From a bacterium (lineage in GTDB: Bacteria > SZUA-182 > DTGQ01 > JAFGSM01): DNA of 26,411 nucleotides. The notes under the pieces are model-generated. The model did not search any database, was not told where the DNA came from, and saw nothing but the letters and a program-made list of their open reading frames with translations. This document shows, one piece after another, positions 19,782-26,411 of this stretch. The translations under genes and the position numbers were made by a program. The DNA lies in the NCBI GenBank assembly GCA_049472355.1, contig JBLIRP010000054.1, positions 1 to 26,411 on the forward strand. Direction: 5' to 3'. How positions within the stretch are numbered: the stretch's first letter is position 1; every line of letters starts with the position of its first letter.

Positions 19782-20082
19782 AAAATATGAATATTTAAAT
19801 ATTTAATTATGGATATAAATATTTTTTAAAACATACATAAGTAACATTATTCTTCATCGTCTATCTTGATAAAGATACCATCGAAAAAAACCTGCCGCTC
19901 GATTCACACGCACATCCAACGGAGAGGAGTTAAAGGCCGCTCCTGCTGAAAATCGCCTTCTTCCCCGTTCAGCGACATACGATCTTTGTCATGATTAATA
20001 ACTGATTAATTAAGAGGATTACCATGCTTTGACAAGATAAAGGTTTTTCGGTTGATTTCACCTAAGCACCTTCAGAGGGGGG

Positions 20083-21804
20083 GTGGGCGCGGTGATAAAA
20101 AGGGATTCCAAAGGGAGCAATGGCTCAAATGAGGATGATGTACAGGGATTCATCAATACGTTCAGGGAAAGGATTGCGGCGATCATTGAGCACTATGAGG
20201 TATACCGGGACTTTTCCGACAAACTGCCCGGTCCTTCCCAACTGTCCGAGGGATTCCTCCGAGAATTCATTACCGGTCTCGGACGGAATGAGATCCCCGA
20301 GAGATCACTCCTTGCCCCTTTGCTCAAATCCGGGGCAAAGAGGTACGTCAGAAAACGGCTCAATCAGATAATCAGCGCTGATTGCCGTACCTTTCACCAG
20401 AATGTTCACAGCCCACAAGGCCCCAACGGCGCCCTCGCAGATCAGGCGGAAAACCGTCTGAGGGGCTATGAGATCAATGTCCTCAATATCCTAAATCGTT
20501 TATCAGAGAGGGATGGAGCATTTTACGACCATACGAGGATAGGCAAAAAGGTCATTGATCAGTTTACCAACCAGGTGATCCGGAATGGGACGAATGACAA
20601 TAACGGGGACCCAATCGATAATCACTATTCTTACATCCTCAAGATAATCGAGTCAAGGATCAAGGATGAGAAGAATAGAAATCGCCCTGTCTGCATACTC
20701 TCCGGCGATCTCTTCGATTTCTTCGAATCCCCGAACGGCAGGGATGTGATCGAAAAAGTCATCAATAACAAACAGGTGGACCTGTACCTGCGTAACAGGT
20801 TCTACCCAAGAATCAGCCCGGTTGACGGGTTCATCTTCAGGACTTACTTCCTTGAAGAGGAATACAACCAAGACGACATCCGAAGGCGGGTGTATGAACT
20901 GTTCGGCAAGAGCATGTCCATCGCCGGGATCAGCCGCAGGCTGAAGAGGCTGATTGAAATAATCAGGCAGGACCTGACCCGTGCGCCATTTGACCTCGAC
21001 GCGATCATTGAAATGGTGAGCCATTTGAATAAAAGCCCCCTTGAGCCCGATTGGCTTTTTTTATTTCTGGACTTGAAATATCTCAAGGGATTCAACCCGG
21101 GGAATAAAAAAAGACGATCCATGAACCTCATCGGCTACGGTCTTACCACCGATGCCGAAAAAAGGATCATCGTGGAAAAGACCTGCAACGGATATGAAGG
21201 CCCAAGCCTGTGGTTGGATGAACTGCGCGCCATTAAGGAACGGGGCATGATGCGCGTGCTCATGCTAACCACCGAGGATCATCCTGAATTGGAACACTAT
21301 ATCGGGGGTTTTTTCCCGAAGGTGGACTACCAGTTCCCCTTTAACAAAATTTATCAGAAGGCACGGAAATTTCTCTTTAATAACGACTGGGATATTTTTC
21401 ACCGTGGACTCGAGGAGATCCTTGCATGCTCGGGCATCAATGAAGGGTACGAACAATTGTGCGCCCTGTGCTATGGATTGAGGGGAAGGTGTGACGGGGA
21501 GGGAAAAAAATTCATCGACGCCCTTGCGGAAAAGGCGGATCATATCCTGCCCTGTTTGCAGTATCCCCCGGAGATTCGGAGAATCATAAGCAAAGCCATG
21601 GCATGCAGATATAATCAGAGCGGCAAAGAAACTGATTCAAAAGGCAAAAAGGTATGTAATCAAGAAAAGGAATTAATGGCGAGACTTAAAACATCGGCTG
21701 AAGAATTGTTTACCAAAAACCTGGCCAGGCATGATGATGCATTCAGAAGAGTGCTTCCCCAATTGATGGAGATGTTCAATCAGCGGTTCCAGGCAATATC
21801 ATGA
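20083..21804 (+). CDS. Hypothetical protein, highly divergent sigma70/ECF-like factor with N- and C-terminal extensions
   Basis: aa ~178-201 (IDNHYSYILKIIESRIKDEKNRNR) resemble sigma region 2.3-2.4. aa ~244-298 (ISPVDGFIFRTYFLEE..DDI...MSIAGISRRLKRLIEIIRQDL) resemble the region 4 HTH. The next gene is anti-sigma-like. Start is GTG 20083 or 20092. Confidence 0.6.
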   Translation: MGAVIKRDSKGSNGSNEDDVQGFINTFRERIAAIIEHYEVYRDFSDKLPGPSQLSEGFLREFITGLGRNEIPERSLLAPLLKSGAKRYVRKRLNQIISADCRTFHQNVHSPQGPNGALADQAENRLRGYEINVLNILNRLSERDGAFYDHTRIGKKVIDQFTNQVIRNGTNDNNGDPIDNHYSYILKIIESRIKDEKNRNRPVCILSGDLFDFFESPNGRDVIEKVINNKQVDLYLRNRFYPRISPVDGFIFRTYFLEEEYNQDDIRRRVYELFGKSMSIAGISRRLKRLIEIIRQDLTRAPFDLDAIIEMVSHLNKSPLEPDWLFLFLDLKYLKGFNPGNKKRRSMNLIGYGLTTDAEKRIIVEKTCNGYEGPSLWLDELRAIKERGMMRVLMLTTEDHPELEHYIGGFFPKVDYQFPFNKIYQKARKFLFNNDWDIFHRGLEEILACSGINEGYEQLCALCYGLRGRCDGEGKKFIDALAEKADHILPCLQYPPEIRRIISKAMACRYNQSGKETDSKGKKVCNQEKELMARLKTSAEELFTKNLARHDDAFRRVLPQLMEMFNQRFQAIS

Positions 21805-21846
21805 ATCGGGGGTCAGGATTGCCATGCCGCCTGCATCGTCGGGAAA

Positions 21847-21879
21847 TGTGCAAAAAAACCCGGGCCTGATCGACAATAT
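21847..21879 (+). promoter_or_regulatory. Bipartite motif copy 2, putative alternative-sigma promoter
   Basis: TGTGCAAAAA-N13-TCGACAATAT. Confidence 0.55.
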
Positions 21880-22096
21880 GTGCAGAGAATTTAAAAACGA
21901 ACCATTGGGTACGGTTAAAAAAATTAAAGAAAGGCACTGAATGTATTCAACTAAACGGCCATGATCTATCGATCACGACGAATAGAAGTTTATAAAATGA
22001 TTATTAATCAAAGACTTTTTAATGTTTTTGTATTCATTCCATAACAAAGAGAGGTGATGGGTATATGGGTCTTTTTTCTCTTTAGCCAGGAAGGGG

Positions 22097-22903
22097 ATGA
22101 GATCAACGATGAAAAAAGAATTCTTTATTATCAAGGGATGCGCCAATACCGGGCATGATAGTGAGGACCGGAAGCTTGAAGAGGTCCATCTCTACGCAAT
22201 CGATTCGGCGAACTTGCATGGTATCTTCGATCTTGTTTCAACGCTGTCTTTTCCGGAACAATATGCGCTCTGTAAAAGCTTTTATAAACCGGGGCCGCGT
22301 AAAACCACACCCCTGATCAACCATGAAGATATCGCCGGATACAGGAAAGGGGCTCTCGAAACGATCTGCCGGGGTATGCTCAGGCAAGAGCCCCGCTTGA
22401 TCACGAAGAAGGCATATTTTTCCGACCCTCATATGTCCCATGCGTTGTTCAGGGAACATATCGATGACTATCTTTGCGATGAACTCGATGAAGAGGTCAA
22501 GGAATTGTTTGAGGATCACATGCTCGCCTGCGATTTTTGCGGATCCCTGTTCCTCGTCAGCAGGGATATCGCGGAGGTCCTCAATAAGTGCGGAGGCGAG
22601 ATATTCGAGGGCCTTGTCACGGATGATGAGGCATGCGCACCGGCACCTGATACCGAGGGACAGGATGCCGAAGAGCAGGATGATCCATACCCCTCGCCCA
22701 GGAAGAATGATCACCCCGGATCGGTCATGAATATAGTGAAGAAATGCCCGCATCAGTTAGGCCTTACATTCCTCCTTCTGGATGAAGAGGCGCTTCCTTT
22801 GTTCTATATGATCTCGCGGCTTTTGCGAGGCGGTTTCCTTACGAATCTGTTGGCACGGCTTGCACGACTGATACTGCCTTTCCTTCGCTGGTTCGTCCCC
22901 TGA
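22097..22903 (+). CDS. zf-HC2 (ZAS) zinc-finger protein, putative anti-sigma factor
   Basis: HALFREHIDDYLCDELDEEVKELFEDHMLACDFC gives H-x25-H-x3-C-x2-C, the ZAS signature. An acidic linker and a hydrophobic/amphipathic C-terminus follow. Confidence 0.75.
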   Translation: MRSTMKKEFFIIKGCANTGHDSEDRKLEEVHLYAIDSANLHGIFDLVSTLSFPEQYALCKSFYKPGPRKTTPLINHEDIAGYRKGALETICRGMLRQEPRLITKKAYFSDPHMSHALFREHIDDYLCDELDEEVKELFEDHMLACDFCGSLFLVSRDIAEVLNKCGGEIFEGLVTDDEACAPAPDTEGQDAEEQDDPYPSPRKNDHPGSVMNIVKKCPHQLGLTFLLLDEEALPLFYMISRLLRGGFLTNLLARLARLILPFLRWFVP

Positions 22904-23095
22904 ACCGGCGAGCCCTTTTCAACCGCACGTACCCATGGATTACGACCGATTCCATGGCATTGGCCAGGGGTGTTTCGTCACAACATGACCGGTTGAGGTG
23001 ATTCCGACTCCCCTGTATCGGGATGGTCCGTTCCTCCGGGATCTCCCGGTATACCTTCATAGTTTTCCCTTTCAAAAAATACCGAAGGAGAAATT

Positions 23096-23275
23096 ATGAA
23101 AACCAGTATACAGGTTAGCGGCATGAATACGAATGGCGATGCTTGCTTCAATGCAGATCCCATTTCAAGACACTTCTATAACAATGTCTTACCTACACAA
23201 AGTGTATGCCTCTATATTCTCACAGACATCGGATCATTGATAAACAGATTCGCAACAAAGGGGGAACAGGGATGA
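23096..23275 (+). CDS. 59-aa small ORF missing from the supplied track
   Basis: AAGGAG RBS 5 nt before the ATG. Reads MKTSIQVSGMNTNGDACF...GEQG*. Its TGA overlaps the next ATG (ATGA 23272-23275). Confidence 0.45.
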   Translation: MKTSIQVSGMNTNGDACFNADPISRHFYNNVLPTQSVCLYILTDIGSLINRFATKGEQG

Positions 23276-24096
23276 AGAAATCACAAATGGTATGGATTGT
23301 GGGGCTGTTCTTGGTCGTTATCAACGTGTTGTTCTATTTCTTCGGTATAGGCGGGGAAAATGTCCTGGCACTGGTGAGCGACCTTTTCCCGATCATCACG
23401 GTCGTTGTGGCGGGTATCGGTCTTGCCGCCGCATTCAAAAGCTTTCAGGAATTCGATGCCACCAAGATCTCATGGATGCTCCTCCTTGTCGGCATTATCC
23501 TTTTCTTCGGCGGGGAAAGCATTTACGCCATCCTGGAGCTCATCTTCAAATTCGATATGAATGAGACATTCCCCACCATTGCTGATTATTCATGGCTTGC
23601 AGGGTATATTCCCCTGTTCGCCGGACTGGCGATGTTGATATACGGCTATAAGAAGAGCGGATTTCCATTCGGCAATACAAAGGCTTATACGATTCTTTCC
23701 ACGGTATTCATCGTGATCACCGGCGGATTGATTTACCTGTTGCTTATCCCGATCATCAAGGACCCGGAAACGAGCGTATTTGCGAAATTCGTCTACCTTT
23801 TCTATCCGATCGGCGATCTGTTTCTCATCATTCCCGCCGGCTTTTTGCTGTATATCACCTACCTGTTCGGCAGGGGAAGCGTGTCCAGGCCGTGGAAGTA
23901 TATCGCAGCGGGCTTTATCGCCATGACCATAGCGGATATCCTTTACTCCTATCTTGGCTGGGTGGGACTGTACAGTGCCGGGAATGCATCGACTTACATC
24001 GATGTGGCATGGAACGCAGGGTATCTTCTCATCGGACTGGGGGGATTCTACCAGATGGAGCTGATCCAATCGTGTAAAACAAGGAGAGAGGCATGA
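23272..24096 (+). CDS. Stand-alone multi-pass membrane sensor-like protein (~8 TM)
   Basis: Start MKKSQ follows a G-rich RBS. Motifs PTIADYSWLAGY, YPIGDL, W..IAAG..AMTIADILYSY and D..WNAGY match membrane domains usually found N-terminal to GGDEF or kinase domains. Confidence 0.75.
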   Translation: MKKSQMVWIVGLFLVVINVLFYFFGIGGENVLALVSDLFPIITVVVAGIGLAAAFKSFQEFDATKISWMLLLVGIILFFGGESIYAILELIFKFDMNETFPTIADYSWLAGYIPLFAGLAMLIYGYKKSGFPFGNTKAYTILSTVFIVITGGLIYLLLIPIIKDPETSVFAKFVYLFYPIGDLFLIIPAGFLLYITYLFGRGSVSRPWKYIAAGFIAMTIADILYSYLGWVGLYSAGNASTYIDVAWNAGYLLIGLGGFYQMELIQSCKTRREA

Positions 24097-24329
24097 GCTA
24101 CACCAACGCGTTGGTTCAAAAGGTCTATTCGTTACTGGAGCCCTTGATCGGTGCATCAATGGCCGCGGCCGCCCTGACCGTGCAGTTCAAAAGGCTGGGA
24201 ATCGCGGAGGATACCTTCAGCATAAGGGATCTTCCTGCGCTGGCCACCGGCATCGAAAAGGGCCTGATCGTGTTTTTGGGTTCGGATTCGGCCCGGGGGA
24301 TTTCTCAAAGCATAGCACAGATCGCATGA
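24093..24329 (+). CDS. Small alpha-helical hypothetical protein
   Basis: 78 aa with an ATGA overlap to the upstream gene. Pattern L..LIG..MA...L....KRLGI.......DL..LA..IE..L..FLG...A..I. Confidence 0.75.
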   Translation: MSYTNALVQKVYSLLEPLIGASMAAAALTVQFKRLGIAEDTFSIRDLPALATGIEKGLIVFLGSDSARGISQSIAQIA

Positions 24330-24482
24330 AACACCTTGGTAGAAAAGGCTTCAAAGGGTGTCCCCTGTCCATGCCGGCTGGGTTCACACCCGGTTCGAGG
24401 GGTCGAGGACCTACTGTTTCAAGAATCCGCCAATGACGAGGAGATTTATCAAAGACCCGTCACGTTCTCTGCAACGAACCGC

Positions 24483-25850
24483 CTATATGCCGAATTTTCG
24501 TATCTTGTAATTGAGGGTCGAGTAAGGAATGCCGAGGGTCTCCGCCGCCTTGCGACGGTTCCATTTCGCCTTCTCCAGGGCGGATACAATCCGTGCCCTT
24601 TCGTCTTGCCCATGACACCGGTCGGGGGGCATGGCCGGCTTCCCGGTTCGTGCCGGCAGGTTAAGATGCTCGGGCCGGATCTCTCCGGACCTGCATAGGA
24701 TTGCCGCCCGCTCAATGATATTGCGCAATTCGCGGGCATTTCCCGGAAAATCATAATTAAGGAGATCCTCCCGTGTCTTCTCTGAAAAGCCGCTGATGCA
24801 AAGCCCGCGACCGATGGTATACATCGAGAGGAAGTGCTCAGCCAGGGGGAGGATATCCGGACGCCGCTCCCTGAGAGGGGCAAGATGAATGGTAAAGACA
24901 TTGAGCCGGTAGAAGAGATCCTTGCGAAATCGCGGCGATTCGGCCAATTCTTCCAGCGTGGCATTCGTGGCTGCAATGACGCGCACACTCGCATGAATCT
25001 CCCGTGATCCCCCTACCCTTCTGAATTTTCGTGTTTCCAGCACCCGAAGGATCTTTGCCTGCGCAGGAAGGGAGAGATCCGCAATCTCATCGAGAAAGAG
25101 GGTGCCGCCGTCTGCAAGCTCGAAATCACCGGCCTTGTCCTGGGTGGCCCCGGTGAACGCCCCCTTGACATGGCCGAAAAGCTCGCTCTCGACAAGGGTG
25201 TCGGGGATGGCCGGGCAGCTTACCGCGATGAAGGGCCTCCTGTCGTCCCCACAGGAAAAATGGATCTCGCGGGCCACAATCTCCTTGCCGGCCCCGGTCT
25301 CACCGGTAATCAGGATGGTATCGCATCCCCCCTCCACGGCAAGCCGGATCTGCCTGCGCACCGCCGCCGTCTGTTTGCTCCGTCCGATCAACGAGCGATT
25401 TCTGAGCCGGATGTCCTCAGCGGTCTGTATGCCCCGTATGGTGTTCCTGAGGCGCAGGTGTCCCTCTCTCAGGTGACGGATGTGGGACGTCTTCTCCAGT
25501 ACCGCGTCCAGTTCGAGCAACCTGATCGGTTTCCTGAGGAAGTCCGCTGCCCCGGATCGCAGGGCCTGTATGGCCATGTCCATATTCCCGTGCCCGGTGA
25601 TCATGACGATGGGTAGCTCTGGACGCATCCCGGCGATTTTGGGCAAAAGGGACATCCCATCCATCCCCGGCATGAGAATATCGAGAAGAACGAGGTGGTA
25701 TTCGCGCGACGTGATCATCTCCAGGGCGGTAGTGCCTTCAAAGGTGCTGTCGACGAGGTGTCCCAAGTCATGAAGATACCTGGAGAGGGTCTGATGGAGG
25801 ATCCTTTCATCGTCGACAATAAGGATCCTGAGCGATTGGTCATCAGCCAT
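24483..25850 (-). CDS. Sigma54-dependent response regulator, NtrC/AtoC family (REC-AAA+-Fis HTH)
   Basis: Likely start ATG 25850 (MADDQSLRILIVDDE). Has LDILMPGMDG, Walker A GETGAGKE, GAFTGA, LFLDEI, FPGNARELRN and HTH WNRRKAAETLGI...TL.YK. Confidence 0.95.
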   Translation of the reverse strand: MADDQSLRILIVDDERILHQTLSRYLHDLGHLVDSTFEGTTALEMITSREYHLVLLDILMPGMDGMSLLPKIAGMRPELPIVMITGHGNMDMAIQALRSGAADFLRKPIRLLELDAVLEKTSHIRHLREGHLRLRNTIRGIQTAEDIRLRNRSLIGRSKQTAAVRRQIRLAVEGGCDTILITGETGAGKEIVAREIHFSCGDDRRPFIAVSCPAIPDTLVESELFGHVKGAFTGATQDKAGDFELADGGTLFLDEIADLSLPAQAKILRVLETRKFRRVGGSREIHASVRVIAATNATLEELAESPRFRKDLFYRLNVFTIHLAPLRERRPDILPLAEHFLSMYTIGRGLCISGFSEKTREDLLNYDFPGNARELRNIIERAAILCRSGEIRPEHLNLPARTGKPAMPPDRCHGQDERARIVSALEKAKWNRRKAAETLGIPYSTLNYKIRKFGI

Positions 25851-26409
25851 TGTCCTGTTCCTTATTTTCTTGAATTGCAGGCAGGTAAACGCTGACCGTC
25901 GTCCCCTTGCCTGGTTTTGAACGGATGGCGATGCTTCCCTTGAACCCCTCGACAATCGACTTTGAAACGGCAAGACCCAGACCCGTTCCTCGGTCAGGAG
26001 ACTTGGTGGTGAAAAAGGGGTCGAAGACCTTGCCGAGCACCTCCCGAGGTATTCCCGTCCCCTGGTCAATGACGTCGATGCTGACGAAGCGCAACGAATC
26101 CTTTCCTGTCTCACCGGTGCGTATCATGACCCGAGGGGTATTGTCCGGGGTGCCCTCCCCTTCCTTTTCCATAAGCGCGTCCCTGGCGTTGTTGAGCAGG
26201 TTCAGTATCACCTCTTCAAGGGAGAAGGGATTTGCCAGCACGGCCGGCAATCCTGCTCCCAATTCGCATTGCACGACGAGCCCCCGTGCTCGCAGTTGCG
26301 CGCCGATAAGCCCCAGCGCCGAACCTATCACCTCATTCACCTGAACCGGAACAAGCTCTGAATCCTCCGCACCCCGTGCAAAAAGCCGGGTGTGCTCGAT
26401 CACATGCGT
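25843..26409 (-). CDS. Sensor histidine kinase, C-terminal HATPase_c domain (5'-partial)
   Basis: N box LNLLNNARDA, G1 DQGTGIP, F box FDPFFTTK and G2 GTGLGL. The frame is open to the window edge and overlaps the regulator start. Confidence 0.93.
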   Translation of the reverse strand, partial: THVIEHTRLFARGAEDSELVPVQVNEVIGSALGLIGAQLRARGLVVQCELGAGLPAVLANPFSLEEVILNLLNNARDALMEKEGEGTPDNTPRVMIRTGETGKDSLRFVSIDVIDQGTGIPREVLGKVFDPFFTTKSPDRGTGLGLAVSKSIVEGFKGSIAIRSKPGKGTTVSVYLPAIQENKEQDNG

Positions 26410-26411
26410 CA

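Noticed and set aside
19790..19803. Palindrome AATATTTAAATATT
   Set aside because: It is pure A/T in an AT-rich tract and expected by chance.
22850..22865. TTGGCACGGCTTGCA as a sigma54 promoter
   Set aside because: GG-to-GC spacing is 8 nt rather than the required 10, and it lies inside a CDS.
25851..26114. 88-aa N-terminal extension of the response regulator in the ORF track
   Set aside because: It overlaps the histidine kinase in another frame; the REC domain begins at ATG 25850.
1..26411. CRISPR array, tRNA/rRNA, IS/integrase, retron or DGR elements
   Set aside because: By eye I found no regularly spaced repeats, cloverleaf, transposase/integrase/RT motifs or template-variable repeat pairs; subtle ncRNAs cannot be excluded.

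Overview
This is a bacterial (diderm) chromosomal window dominated by cell-envelope and signalling genes. From left to right: a 5'-truncated DUF3160 gene; a decayed small-protein/nucleotidyltransferase pair; mprF; an orphan MntA-type antitoxin; a FadL/OmpP1 porin; a large secreted cadherin-like protein with a downstream thrombospondin-3 (TSP3) repeat fragment; tamB-tamA; gpmA; a UPF0104 flippase-like gene; a Gly/Tyr-rich secreted protein; an unusual 573-aa sigma-factor-like gene followed by a zinc-finger (ZAS) anti-sigma-like gene; a translationally coupled small ORF/stand-alone membrane sensor/small helical protein trio; and a convergent NtrC-type response regulator with a partial histidine kinase. 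The best candidate for an undescribed system is 19.7-22.9 kb. There, a very divergent, multi-domain ECF-like sigma and an anti-sigma-like gene are each preceded by the same bipartite motif TGTGCAAAAA-N13-TCGACWATAT, a probable cognate promoter. Several gene remnants at junctions suggest repeated deletion or shuffling. I saw no CRISPR array, tRNA, rRNA, transposase or reverse transcriptase. Family calls come from motif recognition by eye, not from database searches.
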